IMG/VR virus record: IMGVR_UViG_3300030372_004069
Location: 31,523 to 95,522 of that record
Length of the DNA: 64,000 bases
From: a virus
Taxonomy: Duplodnaviria; Caudoviricetes
Direction: 5' to 3' (one strand)
The translations under genes and the position numbers were made by a program. Positions within the stretch are counted from its first letter, which is position 1. Each line of letters begins with the position of its first letter. This document shows, in pieces, positions 1 to 9,057 of the stretch. Below the pieces are notes generated by a model, which saw only the letters and a program-made list of their open reading frames with translations, did no database searches and was not told the origin of the DNA.

Positions 1-15
1 CAAATATGGGGTGTT

Positions 16-31
16 TGTAACAAAAAATACA
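16..31. promoter_or_regulatory. NtcA-type binding box
   Basis: TGTA-ACAAAAAA-TACA is a perfect GTA-N8-TAC, just upstream of a -35 element. Confidence 0.7.
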
Positions 32-38
32 TAGGTAC

Positions 39-67
39 TTGACTATATACTATACATGTGTTAGTAT
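39..67 (+). promoter_or_regulatory. sigma70-type promoter
   Basis: TTGACT(39-44)-N17-TAGTAT(62-67) with extended TG; start near 74 fits the first aptamer. Confidence 0.6.
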
Positions 68-74
68 TAACACA

Positions 75-124
75 ATCGTTCAACCTGATACATTTCAGGT
101 CGCAAGTAAGCCGACTCGGAACGG
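75..124 (+). ncRNA. Glutamine riboswitch-like aptamer 1 (glnA/Downstream-peptide class)
   Basis: CGTTC...GAACG P1, ACCTGA/TCAGGT P2, CGCAAGTAAGCCGAC core; upstream of a YRGV (DUF4278) peptide. Confidence 0.7.
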
Positions 125-125
125 A

Positions 126-300
126 ATCGTTCATCCTCATGGAATTTCTTCTCGCTAGTTTATTAACATGTGAAAGTGCTCAGAGTATTATAGACAACAT
201 TAAACTCTCAACTCCTAACAGAGAAGAGTTAGTTGAAGTAATACAAGAGAACAGTGAGAAGGGATGCTTTAAGGACGCAAAAGCCGACTGAAGGAACGGG
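126..300 (+). ncRNA. Glutamine riboswitch-like aptamer 2 with an ORF in its P2 loop
   Basis: ATCGTTCATCCT (126-137) ... AGGACGCAAAAGCCGACTGAAGGAACGGG (272-300). Confidence 0.6.
139..291 (+). CDS. small hypothetical protein (50 aa) nested in the aptamer
   Basis: MEFLLASLLTCESAQ...GCFKDAKAD; ATG 139 is in frame with track ORF 58..291. Confidence 0.55.
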   Translation: MEFLLASLLTCESAQSIIDNIKLSTPNREELVEVIQENSEKGCFKDAKAD

Positions 301-332
301 GTCTAATCCACCTCACTTTCAGGAGAAAGCCA

Positions 333-488
333 ATGGCACAAGTCACTTATCGTGGTGTCCAGTATGACACTAACGAGCGTAAGCAAGCAAAACCAAATAA
401 GTCTGAATTGACTTACCGTGGTGTTAAGCACAGCAAAGCAGATGAAGTTCTACCTTCATACCTAGACGCTGGACTTACTGCTGTTTAG
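333..488 (+). CDS. DUF4278-family peptide (51 aa)
   Basis: Not in ORF track. MAQVTYRGVQYDTNERKQAKPNKSELTYRGVKHS..., two TYRGV motifs, AGGAG RBS. Confidence 0.85.
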   Translation: MAQVTYRGVQYDTNERKQAKPNKSELTYRGVKHSKADEVLPSYLDAGLTAV

Positions 489-508
489 TTCCACAGAACT
501 AAATTAAT

Positions 509-549
509 AAAGAGCACCTCTTGACAGGTGCTCTTTTTTTGTGTAAAAT
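509..549 (+). terminator. intrinsic terminator overlapping a sigma70 promoter
   Basis: AGAGCACC-tcttgaca-GGTGCTCT-T tract; TTGACA(521)-N17-TAAAAT(544). Confidence 0.8.
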
Positions 550-571
550 ATCTAAATACCATATAAAAATT

Positions 572-745
572 ATGGAACCACAAAGAGACAAATTAAAACT
601 TATTGTTCGTAATTTGGAATTATTAGTAGATTCTCTTAAAGCAGAAGTCTATTCTGATGTAGATGCATATTCTACAGAAGTGGATACTTCCAAGTTTTCA
701 CGATTTACTGATTATGATGAAATATTTGAGGATGATGATGAATGA
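572..745 (+). CDS. conserved cyanophage hypothetical protein
   Basis: MEPQRDKLKLIVRNLELLVDSLKAEVYSD..., acidic tail. Confidence 0.7.
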   Translation: MEPQRDKLKLIVRNLELLVDSLKAEVYSDVDAYSTEVDTSKFSRFTDYDEIFEDDDE

Positions 746-903
746 GATCTAAGGAATTATTAAAAAATCTTAGACAAGCACTACAACAAGATTATCTGTA
801 TGATAGTAAGGAGCTTGAATTTATGAGAGAACAACTTTCTGTTTTAGAGCAAGAAGTAGAAAAACGTAAAAAAACAAAACCCCAAGGATTTGGTAAAAAA
901 TGA
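742..903 (+). CDS. hypothetical protein (53 aa)
   Basis: Not in track. MRSKELLKNLRQALQQDYLY...KPQGFGKK, ATGA overlaps at both ends. Confidence 0.7.
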   Translation: MRSKELLKNLRQALQQDYLYDSKELEFMREQLSVLEQEVEKRKKTKPQGFGKK

Positions 904-1532
904 CTATAAAACTTGTAAGCATTACTCCTGACGCAGAGCAGACAATGGCATATATTGCCAGAGTGTCAAATCCGTCCAATCAGGACAATGATAAGTATTC
1001 TGGACTTTTGAAGTATTGCATCAAACATAACCATTGGAGTGTTTTTGAGCAATCTTCCATGACTTTGGAAATAGAGACTACTCGTGCTATTGCGGCACAG
1101 ATATTAAGACATAGAAGTTTCACATTTCAGGAGTTTTCTCAAAGATATGCTGCTAGTACGACATTGGGTGATATTGATCTTCCAGAACTTCGTAAGCAAG
1201 ATTTAAAGAATCGTCAGAATTCGACTGATGACTTAGATCCTAAAATGGTGGAAAAATTTGAGAAACAGATGATTACACTTTTTAGTTCATCTAAGGCATT
1301 ATATGAACAAATGCTCAGTCAGGGTGTGGCTAAAGAATGTGCTAGAATGGTATTACCACTCTGCACTCCTACCAGAATCTATATGACTGGTTCATGTCGT
1401 TCTTGGATACATTATATTAATTTAAGATCTGCACACGGAACTCAAAAAGAGCATATGGAGATCGCAGAGGCATGTAGGAAAGTGTTTATTGAACAATTCC
1501 CTTCTGTTTCTGAGGCTTTGGAATGGTTATAA
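900..1532 (+). CDS. thyX: FAD-dependent thymidylate synthase
   Basis: HWSVFE, RHRSFTFQEFSQRYA ThyX motif, ARMVLP. Confidence 0.97.
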   Translation: MTIKLVSITPDAEQTMAYIARVSNPSNQDNDKYSGLLKYCIKHNHWSVFEQSSMTLEIETTRAIAAQILRHRSFTFQEFSQRYAASTTLGDIDLPELRKQDLKNRQNSTDDLDPKMVEKFEKQMITLFSSSKALYEQMLSQGVAKECARMVLPLCTPTRIYMTGSCRSWIHYINLRSAHGTQKEHMEIAEACRKVFIEQFPSVSEALEWL

Positions 1533-2032
1533 TATTAGATGATGTTGTAAATTTAAATTCTTCTTTTCAGAGTGATATTGTAGAAGTACTTCAGACACAT
1601 AAACACCATACAGGTAAAACTAATTTTAATGAAAAATGGTATTCTTTGGAGGAAGATCATATATTCAGAAATCTTTGTTTACAGATGATGGTTAAAGCTC
1701 ATTATTATGTGGATTTAACTTCATGTATTGGGTATGAATTTTGGACACAGAATAATACACGACCAAATGGTGGGTGGCATCAAGATAAGGATGAACAATT
1801 AAAAATGAAGACAGGAGAATTGAGTTTTCCTTTATGTTCTTTAATTTATTATCCTTTAGTAGAAAATCTTGAAGGTGGACAATTGCATGTAGAAGATGAT
1901 ATAATAACTCCTAAGACTAATAGGTTAGTTATCATAAGTGCAGGTCTATGGCATTCTGTTCGGGAATTTACTGGTAATAGAATTTCTTTTTTAATTAACC
2001 CTTGGAATAAACCTCTAAATAATCTTACATAA
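1523..2032 (+). CDS. 2OG-Fe(II) oxygenase
   Basis: WHQDKD (HxD), GGQL, PKTNRLVI, WHSV...R. Confidence 0.8.
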   Translation: MVIILDDVVNLNSSFQSDIVEVLQTHKHHTGKTNFNEKWYSLEEDHIFRNLCLQMMVKAHYYVDLTSCIGYEFWTQNNTRPNGGWHQDKDEQLKMKTGELSFPLCSLIYYPLVENLEGGQLHVEDDIITPKTNRLVIISAGLWHSVREFTGNRISFLINPWNKPLNNLT

Positions 2033-2042
2033 AATTATAATC

Positions 2043-2291
2043 ATGGCGACATATCCTGTTGTTCACAAAGAAACTGGTGAACAAAAAGAAGTAAAAATGA
2101 GTATTACTGAATGGTCTCAGTGGTGTGATGATAATCCCGATTGGAAACGTGATTGGTCAGATCCTGCTACTTGCCCAATGGCTACGGAGGTTGGAGAATG
2201 GAGAGATAAGTTAGTTGCAAAAAATCCAGGATGGAATGAAGTTCTGGATAAAGCATCTAAAGCACCTGGTTCTAAAGTAAAAAAAATCTGA
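2043..2291 (+). CDS. conserved cyanophage hypothetical protein
   Basis: MATYPVVHKETGEQKEV..., the small gene usually found before phoH. Confidence 0.75.
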   Translation: MATYPVVHKETGEQKEVKMSITEWSQWCDDNPDWKRDWSDPATCPMATEVGEWRDKLVAKNPGWNEVLDKASKAPGSKVKKI

Positions 2292-2295
2292 CAAC

Positions 2296-3054
2296 ATGGC
2301 AAGACGTAAAAGAGGAAGTGTTGATCAACCTATTGGAGTTGGTTTAACTACCAAACAAATGAAAAGGAAGAAACCTTTAAATGCTGATTATTTGGTTGAT
2401 ATTGAACCTCTCAATGATAATCAAAAAAGATTATTTGATTCTTATAAAAAAGGTAAGAATATAATTGCTTATGGCTGTGCTGGAACTGGTAAAACCTTTA
2501 TAAGTTTATATAATGTACTAAAAGATGTTTTAGCAGATAATAATCTTTATGAAAAAATTTACTTAGTTCGTTCTTTAGTATCTACTAGAGAAATTGGTTT
2601 CTTACCTGGTGATCATGAGGATAAGGCAGATATTTACCAGATTCCTTATAAGAATATGGTGAAGTATATGTTTCAGATGCCATCTGATGCCGACTTTGAG
2701 ATGCTTTATGGGAATCTTAAATCTCAGGATACTATTAAGTTCTGGAGTACTTCTTTTATTCGTGGAATTACTTTAGACAATGCTGTTGTTATTGTAGATG
2801 AGTTTCAAAACTTAAACTTCCATGAATTAGATTCTATTATTACCAGAGTTGGGGAGAATACTAGAATTATTTTTTGTGGAGATGCAACTCAGTCAGATTT
2901 AGTTAAAACTAATGATCGTAATGGTATTGTTGATTTTATGAGCATCTTGCGTAAAATGAATTCCTTTGATATAATAGAATTTGGTATTGATGATATTGTT
3001 CGTTCAGGACTTGTTAAAGAATACCTTCTAGCAAAAAATGAATTAGGTATGTAA
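2296..3054 (+). CDS. phoH: PhoH-like ATPase
   Basis: GCAGTGKT, IGFLPG, RGITLD, DEFQN, GDATQSD, DIVRS. Confidence 0.97.
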   Translation: MARRKRGSVDQPIGVGLTTKQMKRKKPLNADYLVDIEPLNDNQKRLFDSYKKGKNIIAYGCAGTGKTFISLYNVLKDVLADNNLYEKIYLVRSLVSTREIGFLPGDHEDKADIYQIPYKNMVKYMFQMPSDADFEMLYGNLKSQDTIKFWSTSFIRGITLDNAVVIVDEFQNLNFHELDSIITRVGENTRIIFCGDATQSDLVKTNDRNGIVDFMSILRKMNSFDIIEFGIDDIVRSGLVKEYLLAKNELGM

Positions 3055-3734
3055 TGTTTGATCATGTTGATTTGAATCTAGAACCTCTTAAAAGACAAAC
3101 TATAGATGGTGTTCGTTATTATTCTATCCCTGATAAAGATGAATTAGTTAAGTTAGTATCTATTACTTCTGTTACGAGCCATTTTAATAAAGAAATCTTT
3201 ATTAACTGGAGAAAGAAGGTAGGCGATGTGAAAGCAGATAAGATCACGAAAGCGGCTACAACCCGTGGAACTGATATGCATACTCTGACTGAACATTACT
3301 TAAAGAATGATGAAGTCCTTCCTAAAGTTCCACCCATATCGGATTTCTTATTTAAGATAGCAAAGGGTGAACTTAATAAAATAGATAATATCTATGCTCT
3401 GGAAGGCCCGCTATATAGTAGGCAACTAGGAATTGCTGGAACCGTTGATTGTATTGCAGAATATGATGGTGATCTAGCAATAATAGATTTTAAGACATCT
3501 AAAAAACCTAAACCACGTGAGTGGATTGAACATTATTTTGTTCAAGCAATGGCATATGGGTGTATGCTATATGAGATGAGAAATATTTCAATTAAAAAAC
3601 TTGTAATTATCATGGCTTGTGAAAATGGTGAATGTGTCGTCTACGAAGAAACCGACAAAGCAAAGTATATCAAACTCCTCGGAGAATATATTAGAAAGTT
3701 TGTTGGAGATAAATTGGAGCTCTATGGAACCTAA
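3054..3734 (+). CDS. PD-(D/E)XK exonuclease (Cas4/RecB-like)
   Basis: SITSV, RGTDMH, AGTVDCI, IDFKTS, Q..AY. Confidence 0.9.
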   Translation: MFDHVDLNLEPLKRQTIDGVRYYSIPDKDELVKLVSITSVTSHFNKEIFINWRKKVGDVKADKITKAATTRGTDMHTLTEHYLKNDEVLPKVPPISDFLFKIAKGELNKIDNIYALEGPLYSRQLGIAGTVDCIAEYDGDLAIIDFKTSKKPKPREWIEHYFVQAMAYGCMLYEMRNISIKKLVIIMACENGECVVYEETDKAKYIKLLGEYIRKFVGDKLELYGT

Positions 3735-3984
3735 TAAAGAATTAGAAAAAGCAATTGAGAGTAAATTCTTAACTCCTCAAAAATTTGCTATTGAAATAGA
3801 AACTATTGTAGCAAATGAAGAACTCAATTATATTGATGCTATCTGTCATTATTGTGAAATTAATGCATTGGAGATTGAATCAGTAACAAAATTGGTATCT
3901 AAACCTCTTAAGGAGAAATTAAAATATGATGCCCAAGAACTTAATTTTATGAAAAAAACTTCTAGAGCTAGATTGCCCTTATAA
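3724..3984 (+). CDS. gp33: late transcription coactivator gp33
   Basis: FAIEIE...YIDAI..YCE...LKEKLKYDAQELNF; synteny with gp59 and gp32. Confidence 0.85.
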   Translation: MEPNKELEKAIESKFLTPQKFAIEIETIVANEELNYIDAICHYCEINALEIESVTKLVSKPLKEKLKYDAQELNFMKKTSRARLPL

Positions 3985-4598
3985 TGGAAACCCTTGAAGG
4001 AATTGCCTACACAAAACCTTTTCCTCATTTAATTATAAAAAATTTTTATAATGAAAATGAATTAAAATTAATTTGGGAAGAACTTAATTTTTATACTAAA
4101 CCAGGAAAATTTTTAGACGCAAAGTATTTTGGCGGAGTTGTAGGTAAAACTAATTCACATGCTTTAGCATTAGATAGTGTTTATCGTGAAGAATATAGAA
4201 ATTTATCTAATATTCTAACAGTTAATAGAAAATTATTTGACACTGAACTTCTAAAAACATTTTCCGACATAGATGATTGTTGTAGTATAGCTCTTACTTC
4301 TAATTGGGACATTACTAAAGTTAGGTATTATCATGATAATGAATATTATGAGCCTCATATTGATAACGATTTTCAATTTTTAGCCTTTTCTTACTTTTAC
4401 AAAGAACCTAAAAAATTTGATGGTGGCGAAATCTATTTTCCCAAGTATAATTATGAATATGAGTGTGATAATAATTCTATGATAATATTACCAGGTTGGG
4501 TTAAACATGGTGTGAAAAAAGTAAGTATAAATGATTCTGCTTATTATGATGGTTATGGGAGATATTGTATCTCCAGTTTTTTTGGAAATAAAGGTTAA
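3984..4598 (+). CDS. 2OG-Fe(II) oxygenase (prolyl-hydroxylase-like)
   Basis: PFPHLII, YEPHID, FDGGEI, HGV, RY. Confidence 0.85.
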   Translation: METLEGIAYTKPFPHLIIKNFYNENELKLIWEELNFYTKPGKFLDAKYFGGVVGKTNSHALALDSVYREEYRNLSNILTVNRKLFDTELLKTFSDIDDCCSIALTSNWDITKVRYYHDNEYYEPHIDNDFQFLAFSYFYKEPKKFDGGEIYFPKYNYEYECDNNSMIILPGWVKHGVKKVSINDSAYYDGYGRYCISSFFGNKG

Positions 4599-5194
4599 TG
4601 AAAGTGACACCGTTTGAGACTTATAGAACTTATCTTTCTATGAAAAGTCATTTTACTAATCCTAAGTATGACTTTATAAAGTATGGTGGTAAGTCAAGAG
4701 CCACCATGACATCCTTTAATAAACGAAAGGATAAGTATTGGTTTGAGAAAACTTCAAGAAAGTATTCAGATCAAGAGATCATAGATTTTCTTTTAGCAAA
4801 TTTTGTATCTACAGACAATCCTCAAAACCTCTGGATTGGGGAAATTATTAATTCAGGAGAAAGAAATTATTCACAATGGATGAAACGAAAGCAGAGTTTG
4901 ACTTACTTGTTCAAAGAACAAAGCAACGAATTACTATTTCAGCAAGACTTGAAAGAAGTATTCAATTGCTCCAAAGGCCATCCCCCTTTGCTAAAAAAAT
5001 ATCTGGGTGGGGAGATTTCGTTAGAAACGCTTACAATACTGGAAAAAGTCTTTTCTTTCAGAAAAGAATTTGATAAGAAGTTAAAAGATCCAGTGTGGGA
5101 AACCGTCAGTATGAAGATTAAAAAGTACATACCTTTTCTAAATATTAATGTGTTCCACTATAAAAAAATATTAAGGGAATTAATCAATGAGTGA
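4598..5194 (+). CDS. gp59: helicase loader gp59
   Basis: YLSMKSHF...YDFIKYGGK...FNKRKDKYWFEK, ISLET. Confidence 0.9.
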   Translation: MKVTPFETYRTYLSMKSHFTNPKYDFIKYGGKSRATMTSFNKRKDKYWFEKTSRKYSDQEIIDFLLANFVSTDNPQNLWIGEIINSGERNYSQWMKRKQSLTYLFKEQSNELLFQQDLKEVFNCSKGHPPLLKKYLGGEISLETLTILEKVFSFRKEFDKKLKDPVWETVSMKIKKYIPFLNINVFHYKKILRELINE

Positions 5195-5519
5195 TTTTTT
5201 TGAATCTGAAATTGTTCGTGAGGAAATGGAAGATATCCATGAACTCCAGCAAGAAATTTATGGCCAATTAATGAATATTAATGACCTACCACATGAAAAA
5301 AAGAAGGAACATATTGACCAATTGATGGAATTGTTAGATAAGCAACGTGTGATGTATGCAAGATTGTCTCTTTCAGACGATCCAAAAGCAATTGAATTAA
5401 AAGATCAATTGCAAAAATCAGTAGTTCTAATGGGTTTCCCAGAAGACACTGATATCCGCACATTGTTTGACCATATGTACGACACTATAAAGTCACTTGA
5501 TAAATTTGTTGACAAGTGA
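5187..5519 (+). CDS. DUF1825-like protein
   Basis: FFESEIVREE...KQRVMYARLSLSDDP. Confidence 0.75.
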   Translation: MSDFFESEIVREEMEDIHELQQEIYGQLMNINDLPHEKKKEHIDQLMELLDKQRVMYARLSLSDDPKAIELKDQLQKSVVLMGFPEDTDIRTLFDHMYDTIKSLDKFVDK

Positions 5520-5537
5520 TAGATGATCTGTTATAAT
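5509..5537 (+). promoter_or_regulatory. consensus sigma70 promoter
   Basis: TTGACA-N17-TATAAT with extended TG. Confidence 0.9.
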
Positions 5538-5543
5538 ACTTTT

Positions 5544-5742
5544 GTTGGGTTGACGAACTCAACGGGGAGTGACTGAATAAACTTTCTGGCATATAGCTGG
5601 TTAAGGTGACGAGACACAGGTGGTGCTGCTACTCGCAAGAGTAGAATCGACTTACCAGTCGGGTCTCAGGCAAGGACGTAAAATTTACTACTGTAGTAAT
5701 GCCCGTTCTTTGTTGGTAATACAGAAACCCAACCTCCCACCC
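5544..5742 (+). ncRNA. structured RNA, probably the manA-type cyanophage motif
   Basis: GC-rich intergenic stretch with many helices: GGGAG/CTCCC, GAGAC/GTCTC, CTACTC-GCAA-GAGTAG, CGACT-TACC-AGTCG, AAGGACG/CGTTCTT, GTTGG/CCAAC. Family name is from recall. Confidence 0.65.
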
Positions 5743-5777
5743 CAAATCCAATTAATCCTATTAATCCGAGGTATCCA

Positions 5778-6683
5778 ATGTCGTTTGCTAATCTTAAAAA
5801 GCAATCAAAACTAGGCTCTCTTACACAAAAACTTGTGAAGGAAGTTGAAAAAATGAATACTAACGGTTCATCAGCTGATGACCGTCTTTGGAAGTTAGAC
5901 GTAGATAAATCAGGCAATGGTTATGCCGTTATCCGTTTTCTTCCTGCTCCTAACGGTGAAGATCTACCGTTTGTAAAATTATATTCCCATGCATTTAAAG
6001 GTGCTGGTGGATGGTATATTGAAAATTCTTTGACCACTCTTGGTCAGAAGGATCCTGTTTCTGAGTTTAATACTACACTTTGGAACAATGGTACTGATTC
6101 TGGTAAAGATGCTGCTCGTAGGCAGAAGCGTAAACTCACATATATCAGTAACATCTATGTTGTGAAGGATCCTGCTAATCCTGAGAACGAAGGTCAAGTA
6201 TTCTTATACAAGTATGGTAAGAAAATCTTTGATAAAATCACTGCAGCAATGCAACCTGAGTTTGAAGATGAGGAAGCAATTGATCCATTTGATTTCTGGC
6301 AAGGTGCTAACTTCAAGTTGAAGGCAAAGAACGTTGCTGGTTATCGTAACTACGATTCTTCTGAGTTTACTGCTGTTTCTCCAGTATTGGATGATGATGA
6401 TGCATTAGAAGCATTATGGAAGAAAGAAAACTCTCTTCAAGAGTTTGTCGGTGCTGATCAGTTCAAGTCTTATGACGAATTGAAAAAGCGTCTTGGTTAT
6501 GTTCTTGGTAGTAATGCTACAGTTACTCAAGATCCTGAAGTAGAAGATGAAGATCGTGCTCGTGGGCCTTCCCCAGTAGCATCTGCTCCATCGGAACCAG
6601 AACCTGCTATTGCAGTTGGTGCTGGCACGGGTGATGAAGATGAAGATACACTATCATATTTTGCGAAACTCGCCGCAGATTAA
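5778..6683 (+). CDS. gp32: single-stranded DNA-binding protein gp32
   Basis: GNGYAVIRFLPA, WYIENSLTT, YGKKIFDK, GANFKLK, acidic C-tail. Confidence 0.97.
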   Translation: MSFANLKKQSKLGSLTQKLVKEVEKMNTNGSSADDRLWKLDVDKSGNGYAVIRFLPAPNGEDLPFVKLYSHAFKGAGGWYIENSLTTLGQKDPVSEFNTTLWNNGTDSGKDAARRQKRKLTYISNIYVVKDPANPENEGQVFLYKYGKKIFDKITAAMQPEFEDEEAIDPFDFWQGANFKLKAKNVAGYRNYDSSEFTAVSPVLDDDDALEALWKKENSLQEFVGADQFKSYDELKKRLGYVLGSNATVTQDPEVEDEDRARGPSPVASAPSEPEPAIAVGAGTGDEDEDTLSYFAKLAAD

Positions 6684-6689
6684 CACAAG

Positions 6690-6717
6690 AAAGGGGGTCT
6701 TAATGACCCCTTTTTTT
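6690..6717. terminator. bidirectional intrinsic terminator
   Basis: AAAGGGGGTC-ttaat-GACCCCTTTTTTT between convergent genes. Confidence 0.85.
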
Positions 6718-7381
6718 ATGGCATTGTAACTCTTGTATTTTCTGTTTTCGCTAATCTATCGGTGATTCTCTGAGAGGATCTTTGATATATCATAATATCT
6801 CTCATATCATTTAAGAATTGTTGTAAATATCTTCTCCTTAAAAGATAGATAGATCTTTTTTTATCATTTTCTATTGTTTGATATTCCCAATTACTAATAC
6901 CTAGAATGATTGAGTCGGAACCAGGTGTAATATAAGTATTTCCTTCATAATATGATATTGAAAAATCTTTATCTACATGTTTACCTTTAGGTAAAATTAA
7001 TTTACCCTCAGAATCTCTAATTTCCTTAGTTTCATAATGGTGTATATCTCCTAAAGCATCTTCATTCTTGTAAATATTAAGTACGTAATAATATAAATCT
7101 CTATTTGATAAAGGCCATTCATTTCTTACATTAATAATACCAGCAGTTATAAGGACAACCCAATCTAATTCTGAATTACCATAAAATTCCTCTGCCACAG
7201 TATCAGGTCTTGCACCTTCCATTATTTCATACTTATCAAATACTGTAAAAACATTTTGTAAGTCATCACGGAGTTTATTTCTTCTGAATAAATTCTTAAC
7301 CGTCAGATAACTCTGAGAAGAGAGACTATCCGATAAGAAGTTTTGATATTCTAGGTTTGGTAATTCTCTAAAGTATCCCAT
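6716..7381 (-). CDS. gp53: baseplate wedge subunit gp53
   Basis: YFRELP, GARPDTVAEEFYG..LDWVVL..N...EWPL, IHHYET. Confidence 0.9.
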   Translation of the reverse strand: MGYFRELPNLEYQNFLSDSLSSQSYLTVKNLFRRNKLRDDLQNVFTVFDKYEIMEGARPDTVAEEFYGNSELDWVVLITAGIINVRNEWPLSNRDLYYYVLNIYKNEDALGDIHHYETKEIRDSEGKLILPKGKHVDKDFSISYYEGNTYITPGSDSIILGISNWEYQTIENDKKRSIYLLRRRYLQQFLNDMRDIMIYQRSSQRITDRLAKTENTRVTMP

Positions 7382-7382
7382 T

Positions 7383-8660
7383 TTAGAATCCTACTCCGTC
7401 TTCGTTGTTATCATAACCTGCATAATCTTCATTGTAGATTGGTGTAAGTTCTGTAAATGAGAGTGTAAGCATTGATGAAATTGGTGCACCATCTTTATAT
7501 GTTGCAAATGTACCATCACCTGTATAATTGACAGCTACATTTTTAAGAGCACATAGTTTCATTCTATTTAAATAATCTTTTGCTCTGCCCATATATTCAA
7601 TTTGGAATATATTTGGTGTTCTTAATACAGTTCCCCCAGAACCTTTGGGTGCCATATTTCTCTTAAATGATTTTATTATTGTTCTTATAATTTGTGCTTC
7701 TTTTTCATAACGAGGAGTTAATTTGAAATTAAATGTAAAATTTCTAAGAGTCGGACCAGAAAATAATAATTCTAAATTTGGATTTAGGATTTCTCCTTGA
7801 CTTCTAGCCATGAGTTGATCTAAAGTAATATTTCCACCAATAAGTGAATTAACTGCTTTTTGAGCAAAAAAACTTGATACCATGTTTGGATTGGCACCAA
7901 GAACTCCTAGAGTGTCTTTAAAAGCCTTTTTTACACTATCTATTCCCCCATCTCCTGAGATTGCTCCCATCGAACCTGTATATAGTTGATTTTCCAATTC
8001 ATTCATTCTAGATTCACCCCAAGCAATAGAGTTAGTATCTGCAAGTTGTGCTGGAATTGGAAGAATAATATTTCCTAATAAATCTCTGGTATCTCTTAGA
8101 TTACCTTGTTCTCCCTCTAAAGATTCTCTGCCCGAAGAAACTATCATTCTAGTTCTTCTTGATAGTGGAGTTCTGTAAGATCTTTTATACTCAAAAACAG
8201 AAAACTTTAGAAAATCTTGAGTATTATCTATTGTACTATATGGGTATCGTAGATCAGATGGCATTCTGGGACTAGGACTTCTACCTAAGGCCCATCTTCC
8301 ATCTCTTCGTGAAAATTTCTCCCAAGGATTCTTCCATGGTTTAACTGGTTTGTCACCGCCATCACCACCACCAGTATTAGTATCATCGTCGTCGTCATTA
8401 TTATTCAACCCCCCCGTATTAACCATCTTATTAATATTACTACTTATTGTTCCTAATATACCACTACTAGTTGGACGGTTAATGGTTATTTCTTTCGCAT
8501 CCTTATCAAGGTTAGAATTGTTATATATTCGTTCAGCATCTCTATATGAGATACCAGCCTCTTCAGCGATAAGTTGTATTTGTTCTCGTATTTGTGCTTT
8601 TTCTTCGTTTCTCTGTATTCTGTTAGCGTTTCGTTGACTGCCAGGTAATCTTGGGGGCAT
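7383..8660 (-). CDS. gp48: baseplate tail-tube cap gp48
   Basis: NPNLELLFSGPTLRNFTFNFKLTPR, VNYT, LSFTELTPI. Confidence 0.85.
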   Translation of the reverse strand: MPPRLPGSQRNANRIQRNEEKAQIREQIQLIAEEAGISYRDAERIYNNSNLDKDAKEITINRPTSSGILGTISSNINKMVNTGGLNNNDDDDDTNTGGGDGGDKPVKPWKNPWEKFSRRDGRWALGRSPSPRMPSDLRYPYSTIDNTQDFLKFSVFEYKRSYRTPLSRRTRMIVSSGRESLEGEQGNLRDTRDLLGNIILPIPAQLADTNSIAWGESRMNELENQLYTGSMGAISGDGGIDSVKKAFKDTLGVLGANPNMVSSFFAQKAVNSLIGGNITLDQLMARSQGEILNPNLELLFSGPTLRNFTFNFKLTPRYEKEAQIIRTIIKSFKRNMAPKGSGGTVLRTPNIFQIEYMGRAKDYLNRMKLCALKNVAVNYTGDGTFATYKDGAPISSMLTLSFTELTPIYNEDYAGYDNNEDGVGF

Positions 8661-8676
8661 TTATCGACCTATATTT

Positions 8677-9057
8677 TTAACTATTTAGTTGTCTTTTTCC
8701 AAAAGGTATTTCTCTTGCATCCGCAAGTTCCTCTGGATAGACTTCATACAACTGACCTACGACCTCATTCCATGTATATTGTCTATAAGAACCCCAATGA
8801 AAATTGATTCCACGAAATCCCCAACGGAATAAATCAGTTACTGCAATTAATGGATGTGCATCATATTCTATATTATTAGTTTTGGGATTATAAACAAAGG
8901 TATAATATTTTCCCACATCAGGAACAGGAGTGACGGTATCATTAAGAGCTTCCATCATTTCTATCATTAAATCATCAGGATCTTCTGTTCCCATTAAATT
9001 ATCTACAACACCACGAATTCTATTATGTTTGTCATCAGTAGGGTAACTTGAGGTCAT
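8677..9057 (-). CDS. DNA end-protector (gp2)-like protein
   Basis: GKYYTFVYNPKT...YDAHPL...GFRGINFHW; next to gp4. Confidence 0.6.
   Translation of the reverse strand: MTSSYPTDDKHNRIRGVVDNLMGTEDPDDLMIEMMEALNDTVTPVPDVGKYYTFVYNPKTNNIEYDAHPLIAVTDLFRWGFRGINFHWGSYRQYTWNEVVGQLYEVYPEELADAREIPFGKRQLNS

Noticed and set aside
5620-5917. Track ORFs 5620..5814 (+) and 5666..5917 (-)
   Set aside because: They overlap the structured RNA and gp32, with no RBS or recognisable product
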